DNA from: Candidatus Terraquivivens tengchongensis
Lineage (GTDB): Archaea; Thermoproteota; Nitrososphaeria_A; Caldarchaeales; Wolframiiraptoraceae
Assembly: GCA_023261845.1 (NCBI GenBank)
Contig: JALNJZ010000004.1
Coordinates: 69,693-133,692 of the forward strand
DNA length: 64,000 nucleotides
Reading direction: 5' to 3'
In this document: positions 1-10,013 of the stretch, piece by piece
Position numbering within the stretch: the stretch's first letter is position 1
Layout: every line of letters starts with the position of its first letter
The notes under the pieces: model-generated
Told to the model about the DNA's origin: nothing
The model's input: the letters and a program-made list of their open reading frames with translations, nothing else
Database searches by the model: none
Translations under genes and position numbers: made by a program

Positions 1-799
1 ACTTAACCTTTGAAGGTTCAACGTAAATATTTCTAATTATATACATCGGTGGTTTCAACAATTCGTTTAATACGTAACCTAGAGCTACGGCCGGAATTAC
101 TGTAAGAAGTGTTTTTATTGCTCTTCGTCTTCCGATCCAAACAACCTTTTCTTCTTCGAACGTTTTTGGATGATGTTTTCTCAACCATTCGCTTAGCACT
201 TTGCCCGTCAGGAACATGGACTTTAATGCAGGCCACTGGTCGCGCAGGACTAAGTTCAGTATGAAATGAATTACTACAAAAACTGTAAGCAAGATGAAGA
301 ACGCTCTATGTAGAAGTCTTAAGACCTCATATTCAATGGGTAAGTAGTTCGTCCACATCATAATACCAGTTAATCCTAGGATAGGTAATGATATAGCGGC
401 GATCCAATAGAGTAGCTTTTCACCAGGCATGTGGAACCCAAGCTCAGGTTCGGGAGCCTTTAGGAACCTAAACTTGTAGTATGAGACAAGGTCCTTTAGG
501 TCCTTATAAGTAAACAGTATATTGCTCTTCTTGCTTCTGAGACCGAAGCTCAGCGTATGTACAACTATTGCAACCCCAATTAGTATAGTTACAACATATC
601 TATGGAGTAAACGACGGATAACCTCTCCGCCTATCACATCAGTAATCCAACGGAAGCTATCTCCAAGGTTATATCCAAGAATTTCGAGTTGGAGTTGCGG
701 AATACCGGACACCACTCCAATTACGACACCGAGCAATATTAGCAAATGCGTAAGCCTATCAAGAGGTGACCATCTTTCCACATATTCTGCCTCTTTCAT
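1..799 (-). CDS. b-type cytochrome membrane protein (Ni/Fe-hydrogenase / cytochrome b561-like), 3' end outside the window
   Basis: Manual minus-strand translation from ATG at 797-799 gives an uninterrupted reading frame that runs past position 1 (MKEAEYVERWSPLDRLTHLLILLGVV...HRYVVTILIGVAIVVHTLSF...HRAFFILLTVFVVIHF). It shows multiple TM helices with conserved His pairs typical of dihaem cytochrome b. It is absent from the ORF track because there is no stop codon inside the window. Confidence 0.5.
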   Translation of the reverse strand, partial: MKEAEYVERWSPLDRLTHLLILLGVVIGVVSGIPQLQLEILGYNLGDSFRWITDVIGGEVIRRLLHRYVVTILIGVAIVVHTLSFGLRSKKSNILFTYKDLKDLVSYYKFRFLKAPEPELGFHMPGEKLLYWIAAISLPILGLTGIMMWTNYLPIEYEVLRLLHRAFFILLTVFVVIHFILNLVLRDQWPALKSMFLTGKVLSEWLRKHHPKTFEEEKVVWIGRRRAIKTLLTVIPAVALGYVLNELLKPPMYIIRNIYVEPSKVK

Positions 800-921
800 T
801 TTAAATGTAAACCGACAACTTTGTTATATTAGTTTTTTATATATGTTTGCATAACATTTAAATATGAAGAGAACACGAAATTCCGAAATACATAAATAAT
901 TGTTACAAACTACATAATTTC

Positions 922-2469
922 GTGAGTGCAGAAAAGAAAGTATCTAGAAGAACTGTTGTAGGAACGATTGCTGCTGGCATTATCGGCTTAATCGTAGGAG
1001 GTGTCGCTGGAAGTCAGGCATTTCCGAGGGAGGTAACAAAAGAAGTAGAGAGAACAGTAACTATCACGAAGGTAGAGGAGGTAAAACCATGGTTGCCTGC
1101 GAAGTGGGACGAAGTTTACGAAATAGTTATTGTTGGTACAGGGTTCGCTGGCCTCTCTGCAGCTATAGAAGCATATGATGCTGGAATAAGGGACATAGTT
1201 ATCTTGGAAAAGATGCCATATGTTGGAGGAAACTCAATAATAAATGGAGGACAATTTGGGGTACTCAGTCCTGAAGAAGGGGATAGTGTCGATTTATTTG
1301 TCAAGGACATGCTAACTGCAGGACGATATCTGAACTATGTAGAGCTAGCTAGGAAAGTTGCGATAGAATCTCGTGATGTCTTTGAATGGCTAATAGGTCT
1401 CGGTGTTGAGTTCCCACCAGAACTAAAGATACAGGCTGGGGGGCATAGCGTAAGAAGGACCTATCAAACAAAGAACCTTTCTGGTAGAGACATAGTTGAG
1501 AAATTATTAGAAGCTGTGAAAAAAAGAGGTATTCCTATAAGAACAGAACATAAAGTAACTAGAATAATAAGGGAGGGGTTAAACACTGGAAAGGTTCTCG
1601 GAGTTGAGGTTGAAACTGGTAAAAATAAAATTTACATAAAATCTAGACGGGCTCTGATATTAGCAGGCGGAGGTTTTGGTCAAGATATCGAACTTAGAAA
1701 GTCTCAGTGGCCTGTACTCGATGAAACCATAAAATCCACTAATCATCCCGGAGCGACTGGAGAGTTGCTTCTTGCTGCAAAGAATATAGGTGCTACACTA
1801 ATTCAGATGGATCAGATTCAATTATATCCTTTTGCAGATCCTGAGACGGGCATACTTGATAGACAAGCAATTATTCCCTTCACTTCTCCAGCCTACGCGA
1901 TCTATGTCTGGAAGAATGGAAAAAGATTTGTTAACGAATTAGCACCCAGGGATGTTGTTGCAAATGTCCAGATTTTCGAATTAAAAGAAAAGCCCACTTG
2001 GACAATATTCGATGAAGCAATGTGGCCGAAGTTTACAACAAAAGAAGTAATTGAAGAGGGCATAGCGAGGGGTAGAATTATAGTAGGCAATACAATCGAA
2101 GAGTTAGCTGAAAAGGCGGGCATAGAGCCAGCAGGGCTTGCTGAAACCGTTAAAAGATATAACAGGTTCGTAGAAGGGGGGAAAGATGAGGACTTTGGAA
2201 AGCCAAGGTTATTAGCGAAGATTGAGAAGCCACCATTTTATGCAGTACCACAATGGCCTGCCGTACATCACACCATGGGCGGTATAAGAATCAATATTAA
2301 AGCACAAGTACTAGATAACGATGGTGTGCCCATACCGAAACTTTATGCCGCTGGAGAAATAACTGGCGGTATTCATGGAGCGAGTAGACTGGGTAGCCTC
2401 GCAATACCAGACTGTATAATATTCGGTAGGACAGCTGGAAAGGAAGCTACTAAGGAACCATTGGATTAA
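922..2469 (+). CDS. Tat-signal FAD-dependent oxidoreductase, soluble fumarate reductase / flavocytochrome c flavoprotein family
   Basis: N-terminus SRRTVVGTIAAGIIGLIVGGVAGSQA (twin-arginine motif, hydrophobic core, AxA-like cleavage site). GxGxxG dinucleotide fold (IVGTGFAGLSAA). C-terminal HHTMGGI motif characteristic of Fcc3-type fumarate reductases. GTG start. Confidence 0.7.
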   Translation: MSAEKKVSRRTVVGTIAAGIIGLIVGGVAGSQAFPREVTKEVERTVTITKVEEVKPWLPAKWDEVYEIVIVGTGFAGLSAAIEAYDAGIRDIVILEKMPYVGGNSIINGGQFGVLSPEEGDSVDLFVKDMLTAGRYLNYVELARKVAIESRDVFEWLIGLGVEFPPELKIQAGGHSVRRTYQTKNLSGRDIVEKLLEAVKKRGIPIRTEHKVTRIIREGLNTGKVLGVEVETGKNKIYIKSRRALILAGGGFGQDIELRKSQWPVLDETIKSTNHPGATGELLLAAKNIGATLIQMDQIQLYPFADPETGILDRQAIIPFTSPAYAIYVWKNGKRFVNELAPRDVVANVQIFELKEKPTWTIFDEAMWPKFTTKEVIEEGIARGRIIVGNTIEELAEKAGIEPAGLAETVKRYNRFVEGGKDEDFGKPRLLAKIEKPPFYAVPQWPAVHHTMGGIRINIKAQVLDNDGVPIPKLYAAGEITGGIHGASRLGSLAIPDCIIFGRTAGKEATKEPLD

Positions 2470-2510
2470 GAACACTATTTTTAAACCTCCCATAATTTTT
2501 TATTTTTTAA

Positions 2511-3449
2511 ATGACACCAGAAGAAAAATATCTTCTTGTAAAAAAGTCAAAAATTTTAATGGGAACCTCTGTTACGATTATGATCGTTTCTAAAAACGTA
2601 GAGCATTCTGAGGGAGTAATTGATAACGTATTCAACGAAATCAAGAGAGTTGAGGGTATAATGAGCGTATTTAACGAAGAGAGTGAGGTTAGCAGACTTA
2701 ACAGACAAGGCTATTTAGAGAATGCTTCCGAGGAACTGATATATATCATCAAAGAAGCAGAGAAGATAAGCATGTTAACGGATGGTGTCTTCGATATAAC
2801 GGTGGCTCCCTTAATAGAATATATTGATAAGAATTTTTTAAAAGATCGGACGTCATTTGAAGAGGGGCTAAGAAGCATATTTGAGCTCGTTGATTATTCG
2901 TCTGTAAAGGTAGAAGGGAGATGTATAAGGTTCTTGAAAAAAGGCATGAAGGTCGTTCTAAACGCTATAGCTAAAGGTTATGCGGCGGATTTGGCGGCAG
3001 AGACTTTAAAAAAGTACGGAATTAAGAACGCGCTGATCAATATAGGTGGAGATATCAGGGCTGTTGGTGGGAAGATAGACAAAGAACCTTGGAGAATTGG
3101 AATAAGGGATCCGTTTCATAAAGAACAGAATATAACGATCATAAAGCTTTACGACGGTGCTGTTGCGACCAGCGGGAGCTATGAACGCAGGATAGCACAA
3201 GGAATTTTAAGTCATATCATCAACCCAAAGAGGCTACTAACATCCGAGCAAGTCATCAGCTCTACTGTAATATGCGAGAGGGCACTCGTTGCTGATGCTC
3301 TTGCAACCAGCCTGTGCCTTATGGACCCAAAACAAGCCATCGGTCTCGTGGAAAAGTTAGACAATACAGAGGCTATGCTCATTCTGGCAGACAGTAAGAT
3401 TTTGAGGACGAGCAAGTTTGCGGCTTATGAGCTCAACAGGACGTTATAA
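2511..3449 (+). CDS. apbE: FAD:protein FMN transferase (ApbE family)
   Basis: LNAIAKGYAADLAAE...NIGGDIRAVG matches the ApbE family signature. 312 aa. Confidence 0.75.
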   Translation: MTPEEKYLLVKKSKILMGTSVTIMIVSKNVEHSEGVIDNVFNEIKRVEGIMSVFNEESEVSRLNRQGYLENASEELIYIIKEAEKISMLTDGVFDITVAPLIEYIDKNFLKDRTSFEEGLRSIFELVDYSSVKVEGRCIRFLKKGMKVVLNAIAKGYAADLAAETLKKYGIKNALINIGGDIRAVGGKIDKEPWRIGIRDPFHKEQNITIIKLYDGAVATSGSYERRIAQGILSHIINPKRLLTSEQVISSTVICERALVADALATSLCLMDPKQAIGLVEKLDNTEAMLILADSKILRTSKFAAYELNRTL

Positions 3450-3550
3450 CAAGAAAACGTAAAGATGCCCTTCTACGTTCATCGAAATAACGAGGCTTAC
3501 TAGAATTCATGTTTATATATTTGTGCCTTTTTCTGAACCCGTAAAGTAAT

Positions 3551-5356
3551 ATGCGGCTGGAAGCAAAGGCTTCTACATTAATCCCGAGCATTGAGGAGAT
3601 GACGATAGGGGGCTTTAAGGAGTCATTTAGGAAGATCTTAGAGCTTAAGCGGAGATGTGGGATAGAGCCAGTACTCGATAATCCGCCAGATCTACTAGAG
3701 CGCGCCAAGCTCTATGCGACAAAATACAGGAATGGATCCCTCGGTTGGGCCTCAAATATTTGGCATAGATCCGAGGCTGGCTCAGCCGTTATCATGAAAG
3801 ACGATGATCTTAGAGGAGAGCATAAGTTACTTATGCGAAGGGTTCTCGAACATATTCTCGCCCAGGGACCCCTGATCAAAGTGGACGGAATTCTAGGAAA
3901 GCCTGGTAGCAGGGTTGAGATGAGATGTAGGCTTTATTGCGATCCACAGTTTCCGGACATAGCATACAGGTGGAGCCAACTTGCGTTTCCAGGAGATCCG
4001 ACAAAGGACCCGGATGTTGAACTGATAAACATACCTCATTATCTTGGAAACCCGGTGAATCCAGAGACTGGGCGAATGCTCATGGTTCTTAGATTCCCGA
4101 ATCATGACTTCACGATAGTTACCTGCTCATCCTATCAGGGCGAGGTAAAAAAAGGGTTTCTAAGCCACTGGATAATTCATGTCTATAAAAAAGGCGGGAC
4201 AGGAGAACATGCAGCTTTCAGGGAGTTCACGGTGAAAAGAAAGGATGGTAACGAAAAAAGGATAATCTTATGCATCTGGGGGCTCACAGGCTCGGGAAAA
4301 TCGACCCACGGATTCTACGTCTGGGATAAGTCAAACATCAATACATACATTGAAAAGTTCGGGATAAATCCGCTCGACTATGTTAAGGATCAGGAAATTA
4401 AGAACGACGACATAATAGCTATCTTTGAGGATCGAGTAATCGGATCAGAGCGGGGATCGTGGACGAAGACCGAGGATGTTGATCCAAGGCAGGTGGCGAT
4501 CTGGAGAGCTGCTGTGTCGCCCAGAGCGCTTCATGAGAACACAGAATTCGATGAGAATGGTAATCCATCGCTTAGTGGGGAGCTTTACCAATATTATGGT
4601 ATGTTCAATAAAAATGCTAGATCCGTCTTCTTCCTTGAGGATACTGGTTACTTTAGGGGCGATGTTGAGTCAAGTGGGCCGATGAACACAGCAATCTTCA
4701 TTTCCCCTGGATACTTCACTGACTACGCATGGGTTAAAATCACAGATCCGGCTTTCGCTGCAAAAGTCCTAGCTGATGGAAGAACCATAGGACATCCAGC
4801 CCAATCAAGGGATGCCTATGGAGTAATCTTCTCTACGAGGTACTGCAAACCATTCACAATGGGGGTTCCATCCACAAACCACGTAGTTAGGTTTTACGAG
4901 ATGCTAAAGAAGAGAATGGAGCGAGGAGACCCGGTAGAAGTTTATCAGTTCAATACTACAGGCAGGATAATCGCAAAGTATCAGTGGACAAGGATCAAGC
5001 TTGGCGATGAGGAGCTTGAAGTACCTCAGCCAGTATTCAAGTTAGCTCCAGATGGCACGATGAAACCTGTTGGTGGGACATCCCCGACGATAGAAGAGAC
5101 AGAGCTCTTCATACTCCAAGCATCCCGCGGCGCTGTCGAGTACGAGCCCCACCCAGTTTGGGGTGAGAAAGTTCTAATACCAGTAGAGGTCGAGGGGCTA
5201 TCCGAGAAGAGGCTTAAGGAGCTTCAACCAACAACATATCTCTCTCTGAGTGAGTTCAAGAGATTGCTAGAAGCTCAAGTGAAGCTAAGCAAACATTATC
5301 TTGATAAGGACTGTCCGGACCTTCCACCGGAGATATACAACGCAATGGACTTTTAA
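3551..5356 (+). CDS. pckA: phosphoenolpyruvate carboxykinase (ATP) family protein
   Basis: Kinase-1a motif region YQGEVKKGFLSHW...ILCIWGLTGSGKSTHG aligns with E. coli PckA (YGGEMKKGMFS...VFFGLSGTGKTTLS). 601 aa. Confidence 0.55.
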   Translation: MRLEAKASTLIPSIEEMTIGGFKESFRKILELKRRCGIEPVLDNPPDLLERAKLYATKYRNGSLGWASNIWHRSEAGSAVIMKDDDLRGEHKLLMRRVLEHILAQGPLIKVDGILGKPGSRVEMRCRLYCDPQFPDIAYRWSQLAFPGDPTKDPDVELINIPHYLGNPVNPETGRMLMVLRFPNHDFTIVTCSSYQGEVKKGFLSHWIIHVYKKGGTGEHAAFREFTVKRKDGNEKRIILCIWGLTGSGKSTHGFYVWDKSNINTYIEKFGINPLDYVKDQEIKNDDIIAIFEDRVIGSERGSWTKTEDVDPRQVAIWRAAVSPRALHENTEFDENGNPSLSGELYQYYGMFNKNARSVFFLEDTGYFRGDVESSGPMNTAIFISPGYFTDYAWVKITDPAFAAKVLADGRTIGHPAQSRDAYGVIFSTRYCKPFTMGVPSTNHVVRFYEMLKKRMERGDPVEVYQFNTTGRIIAKYQWTRIKLGDEELEVPQPVFKLAPDGTMKPVGGTSPTIEETELFILQASRGAVEYEPHPVWGEKVLIPVEVEGLSEKRLKELQPTTYLSLSEFKRLLEAQVKLSKHYLDKDCPDLPPEIYNAMDF

Positions 5357-5399
5357 AACATTCCAAAAGCTTTTTATATTTTAACGCTAAAGTATAAGC

Positions 5400-6917
5400 A
5401 TGTCAAATTCCGAGAAAAAGGTTACTAGAAGACAAGTACTAGCAGCAATATCTTCCGGCATAGCTGGACTAGTGGTCGGAGGCATCGTAGGAAGTCAGGC
5501 TTTTCCGAAGGCGGAGAAGGTAACAGAGACGGTTACAACAACTACGACGACTACGCAGACTACTATCGTTAAACCTCCAGAGCCTCCGTTCGAGGAGCAT
5601 GAGATAGTCATCGTCGGCGCTGGGATGGCTGGTCTTACCGCGGCTATAGCCGCTTACGAGGCTGGTGTCAAAGATGTAGTTGTATTGGAAAAAGGCCCGA
5701 GTGTTTATAGTTGTAACAGCTCCGTCAGCGGAGGTGCATTCTACATCTCTACACCAGAATTCCCACCATCAGAGTACGTTAAGGCCGTTATGAGAATCAC
5801 ATACAATAAAGCATTTCCGGAATTAATAGAGGTTCTCGCCGAAAAATCTTACGAGACTGTCTTAGAGTGGTTACCTAAGGTAGCCGGCGTAAAATTCCTT
5901 CCAAAAGAGAAGTGGTTGGCACCGAACGCTCCAGGTGTAGAAGGAGGCGGGCCCAAGTTGATGGAATACATGGTCAACGCAGTAAAGGCTAGAAATATTC
6001 CGATAATATTAGAAACCAAAGCCGTGTCACTACTTGTCAGCATCAAGGGAGAAGTTCTGGGCGTAAGGGCTCTTACCAAAGATGGTTACAAAGACTTTAA
6101 GGCGAAGGCGACGATACTTGCATGCGGAGGGTTCCAAGCAAACCAAGAGATGGTCGTGAACTATATATCGCCTAAAGTTGCTTACAACTCAATTCTCAGA
6201 GGTCTTCCAAACAACACGGGCGATGGGCATAGAATGGTTTCTGAGGTTAGGGCGAAACAGATATTCATGGACCAATACCACGGGGCGACAGTTCAACCGG
6301 AGACATACGCCAACCCAGGAGGTTTCTTCCCGCAAGGCATAATCGTAAACAAGCACGGTAAAAGGTTTATCGATGAGGGTGTCGCAACGTATGTCGAGGC
6401 TGGAAAAGCAGCCCTCGATCAGCCCGATGGGCTGGCTTACATAATACTAGACGCCGAGGGGTTCAAGAGAGTTAGCCCATGGTGGAGAGACTACTTCTTG
6501 GTGCAGTACAAAGGGAGGCTAACGGAGGCAAACAGCATAGAAGAGTTGGCGAATATATTTGGTATAAATGTCGAAGGTCTCAAAAAGACCATCGAGGATT
6601 TCAATAATGCCGTCAGGGATGGATACACAGAGGGCATAACACCTCCGAAGAGTAAGAACGCGTACAGAATAGAGACTCCACCATTCTATGGCATAAATTA
6701 TGTCTGCGGAATAACGTTAACGTTTGGAGGGCCGTTAACGGATAAATACGCTCGTGTTCTGGACCTAGAGGGCACACCCATACCGAGGCTTTACGCGATT
6801 GGTGAGTTGACTGGAGGGTTCTTCTTCGAAAACTATCCTGGTGGTGGAAGCTTAGCTAGATGTGCCGTTTTCGGGAAGATAGCCGGAGAGCATGCTGCTT
6901 CCATTGTCAAAGGCTAA
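5400..6917 (+). CDS. Tat-signal FAD-dependent oxidoreductase, divergent paralog of 922..2469 with a poly-Thr linker
   Basis: N-terminus TRRQVLAAISSGIAGLVVGGIVGSQA. Linker TETVTTTTTTTQTTIV. GAGMAGLTAA Rossmann motif. Lacks the HxTMGG motif. Confidence 0.65.
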   Translation: MSNSEKKVTRRQVLAAISSGIAGLVVGGIVGSQAFPKAEKVTETVTTTTTTTQTTIVKPPEPPFEEHEIVIVGAGMAGLTAAIAAYEAGVKDVVVLEKGPSVYSCNSSVSGGAFYISTPEFPPSEYVKAVMRITYNKAFPELIEVLAEKSYETVLEWLPKVAGVKFLPKEKWLAPNAPGVEGGGPKLMEYMVNAVKARNIPIILETKAVSLLVSIKGEVLGVRALTKDGYKDFKAKATILACGGFQANQEMVVNYISPKVAYNSILRGLPNNTGDGHRMVSEVRAKQIFMDQYHGATVQPETYANPGGFFPQGIIVNKHGKRFIDEGVATYVEAGKAALDQPDGLAYIILDAEGFKRVSPWWRDYFLVQYKGRLTEANSIEELANIFGINVEGLKKTIEDFNNAVRDGYTEGITPPKSKNAYRIETPPFYGINYVCGITLTFGGPLTDKYARVLDLEGTPIPRLYAIGELTGGFFFENYPGGGSLARCAVFGKIAGEHAASIVKG

Positions 6918-6944
6918 AATTCCATAATTTTTTTGTGCTGGCGT

Positions 6945-8396
6945 TTAAGCACAATGCTGAGTTAGATTTTCTCCTTCCAGTATAGAGCCAACCACCTCGT
7001 TAAATTTACTGCTCAACTCTATTATTTGCGACTCATTTAGGTACTCGGTATCGTATCCCAACCTCGACGGAGGCACAGTACCTTCCGCGAAGCACTTGTA
7101 CATCTTATAGAAGTCGCTAAAGCTTCTGAACTTCAATCTTATACCATACTTCTTCGGTAGAAGGAATCTAGGTGAGCATGGTTCTAGAAAGAGCGGATTG
7201 CATGATATAGCAACAACATTATTGTACGTTCGGAGTATCCTTTCGCCGAGCTTCATAGTCTTATTAAACTCCTCAACAGTCTCGCCGCTTAATCCCGATG
7301 CGAAGTACAACTCGGCAGGAACCATCCCTTCCTCTAGCATCTCGAGCCATCTTAGGAGAGATTGGTTATCATAATAGAAGCCCTTGTTCTTAAGCCTAAC
7401 AAAGTCTGAGCCAGTCTCTGGTGAAATCGTGAGCGTCGTGTAAAGCGGATTAAATGTCTTCTTTAAATCTTGAACGAAGTTCCTATCGGTTAGAGACCAT
7501 ATGAGGAACTGGGAGCTTATATCTATCCCCTCTTTCCTCACGAGTTCAAAAAGCTTATAGTAGAACTTTCTATTAGTGTATGGGTCAAAATCCATGTAGG
7601 CACAGGAAATGCCAAGTTCCTCGAATGCCCTAAGGTCCTCGGCAACTTTCTCTGGTGACCTAAAAATCGGCTGTTGTCTTCCGAATATCTTCCTATGAGC
7701 TAAGTTTGCACCGCCGCAGTAGGAGCAATTTACGGAGCAACCGCGTCCGATCATCAACCAGCCTTGGGTCTTCAGCTTCGGCGAGAGAACATCGTTCTCG
7801 TGTATAAGCCTGACATAAAGGTCCCAGTCTTCCAAAAGTTTTAAGTCAGAGCATGTCAGCTTATCCAAGTCCTCACTGCTTGCTAAGTATGCTCTTCTAC
7901 TCCTCTTTACTGCAGAACCTTTTCTGTACACTAAGTTCGGCACATCGCTCACTTCCGTACTTTTCATTAACGCCTTTATCAATTCAATCATAGGAAGTTC
8001 CGCATCACCGACTATTACGTAATCTACACAATCAAATGAGCTTAGTATCTCATCTGCAAAAAAGGAGGCTGTCATCCCACCTAACACGACTTTGGCATTT
8101 GTACATCGCTTTACACAATCCGCCAGCTTAATTGCATCATAAGAGTGGCAGTACCAATGAAGATCTATCCCAACTAGTGTGGGCTCGAGCGCTTTTATAA
8201 GATTCTCGACTTTATAGTTTGGATCAAGCATTCGCTTAAGCCCTACGTGAACTATCCTCGTAGAGTAACCATTCCTTTCTAGCAGGTCTGCTAACGCAAA
8301 CGTTCCCATGGGCACGGCTACGTACCTTACCACTTCACCATCAGATGTTGACACATACGTGGACGGATGAAGGAAGAGCACATCAACATCGCCCAA
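6945..8396 (-). CDS. B12-binding domain radical SAM protein
   Basis: CSVNCSYCGG (CxxxCxxC) preceded by a cobalamin-binding-like N-terminal domain. 483 aa. Confidence 0.7.
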   Translation of the reverse strand: MGDVDVLFLHPSTYVSTSDGEVVRYVAVPMGTFALADLLERNGYSTRIVHVGLKRMLDPNYKVENLIKALEPTLVGIDLHWYCHSYDAIKLADCVKRCTNAKVVLGGMTASFFADEILSSFDCVDYVIVGDAELPMIELIKALMKSTEVSDVPNLVYRKGSAVKRSRRAYLASSEDLDKLTCSDLKLLEDWDLYVRLIHENDVLSPKLKTQGWLMIGRGCSVNCSYCGGANLAHRKIFGRQQPIFRSPEKVAEDLRAFEELGISCAYMDFDPYTNRKFYYKLFELVRKEGIDISSQFLIWSLTDRNFVQDLKKTFNPLYTTLTISPETGSDFVRLKNKGFYYDNQSLLRWLEMLEEGMVPAELYFASGLSGETVEEFNKTMKLGERILRTYNNVVAISCNPLFLEPCSPRFLLPKKYGIRLKFRSFSDFYKMYKCFAEGTVPPSRLGYDTEYLNESQIIELSSKFNEVVGSILEGENLTQHCA

Positions 8397-9413
8397 TTAG
8401 ACCAGCTCCTTGCTCAAGATTGTCGTATAACATGCGGGCCTGAACCCTACCCCTGATAGTGCACGCTTAACTTCTTCCAAACGGTCTTCTACACCTGCTA
8501 TCTCCGTCCTCTTGAAACCTTTTAGAGTCTCTGAATGTATAAGTTTCTTCAAGGATGCCAATAGGGTGTCTATATCTTTTGCGAGCCACATAACTACCTT
8601 CAAGTTGCTGAAAGGGTACTTTCCAAGAGTCTTTTGGTATAGTTGTGGTATAGGTGTCCTATACTTTTTAGCAAACTCAAGCAAATCTGGCCGTAGTATG
8701 AAAGCCGCCTCAGTTAGACCGTCTCTAGAGGCGAATTTAGCGATTTGAGGGGTGCCAAATGGTTTCAGACCGTGCTCAAGTGTCGGTAAAGTCCAAGATC
8801 TGTAAGAGAACAAGTTCTCATAGATGAACATTCTGCTGACACTTTCGGGGCTTACGTCTTGTAAACAAACTGTTTGTTCATCGTCATCTAAAGGAGCAAT
8901 ACCATAAGTCCAAACTTTTACATATTCTTTGTATCCCATAGACCTTAGTTGTTCGACAAATACGTCATGATTGCAGGATATGCTACTGAGGTCGTAGGAT
9001 ATGCAAGTATATGACGTAGGGTAAGAAACGTATTCATCCAACACTTGATGTAACTCTATATCAACACCATTTAAGCAAGCTTCCTTTGCAAAATCCTCGA
9101 TATTTTCTATAAAGAACTCGAATCCTTCACGGATGTCATCAACAAAGGTTATGGGTTGTGTTACGAAGAACCTCTTTCCGTTTATACTTTGATAAATGAA
9201 GCAGAAAGAAAACAAAACCTCCTCATGTTGTTCTTGCGTCTTATCCAATCGAACAAGAGTTAAAGGATAAAATCTCCAAACCCACTTACCGAGGTGCATT
9301 AAGCCACTCGGTATGAAGCCTGTATGAAAGTATCTTAATCCTATACCTGAATATACTAAGGACACCTTAGAAAAAAGTCTCGGCGGCATTCTAGCTTCTA
9401 TCTTGAATTCCAT
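8397..9413 (-). CDS. hypothetical protein, translationally coupled to the radical SAM gene
   Basis: 338-aa ORF whose stop abuts the radical SAM start (8397/8396). No recognisable motif. Confidence 0.4.
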   Translation of the reverse strand: MEFKIEARMPPRLFSKVSLVYSGIGLRYFHTGFIPSGLMHLGKWVWRFYPLTLVRLDKTQEQHEEVLFSFCFIYQSINGKRFFVTQPITFVDDIREGFEFFIENIEDFAKEACLNGVDIELHQVLDEYVSYPTSYTCISYDLSSISCNHDVFVEQLRSMGYKEYVKVWTYGIAPLDDDEQTVCLQDVSPESVSRMFIYENLFSYRSWTLPTLEHGLKPFGTPQIAKFASRDGLTEAAFILRPDLLEFAKKYRTPIPQLYQKTLGKYPFSNLKVVMWLAKDIDTLLASLKKLIHSETLKGFKRTEIAGVEDRLEEVKRALSGVGFRPACYTTILSKELV

Positions 9414-9467
9414 TCTATATAACGAAGCACTTTTTAGGATATAAAGCCAACCCGGTCCTACAACCTC

Positions 9468-9989
9468 TCAACTTATTTTTATGATATGCTTTGCGGCTAT
9501 CTCGGCGGCCTTTGCCATCACATCGGCGCACTTGTTCATCGCTCCAGATTCGGCAAAGACCTTCAAATCCTCGGAATTTCTTAGGTCATAGACTCTGCCG
9601 AAAAGCCTCAGATGTATATCTTTACACCTGACACTTCCATACGTTTGCTTAAACTCGTCGTATATCTTAATCGCCAAGTCCATGCATTTTGAGTAATCCT
9701 CCGACTCACTTGTCCTTTCTAACCTTCTCCTACCATGAAGCATGCCAACGAACATCAGGGCTCCGAGTAATGCACCACATGCTTCTCCGCTTCTTGCCAC
9801 ACCACCGGCGAGTGAGGTTGCTGCCATGAAGACGTTTTGGTCTACTACACCAAACGTTTCTTGAAGGGCCTTCAGGGTCATCTGTGAACATCCGCTAAAC
9901 TCTTCGCCAAGTATCTTGGCAAGCTTTGCGGCCCTGTTAACCAGCTTGTCAGCTTTCTGACACATGAGGACATTAACATGAACGAACAA
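9468..9989 (-). CDS. C_GCAxxG_C_C family putative redox protein
   Basis: ATSLAGGVARSGEACGALLGALMFVGM fits the family core motif. 173 aa. Confidence 0.45.
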   Translation of the reverse strand: MFVHVNVLMCQKADKLVNRAAKLAKILGEEFSGCSQMTLKALQETFGVVDQNVFMAATSLAGGVARSGEACGALLGALMFVGMLHGRRRLERTSESEDYSKCMDLAIKIYDEFKQTYGSVRCKDIHLRLFGRVYDLRNSEDLKVFAESGAMNKCADVMAKAAEIAAKHIIKIS

Positions 9990-10013
9990 TATAAGATTAA
10001 TGTCAAAAAAGGC

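Noticed and set aside
522-854. 110-aa plus-strand ORF
   Set aside because: It is antisense to the manually recovered cytochrome b gene, which has TM helices and conserved His residues.
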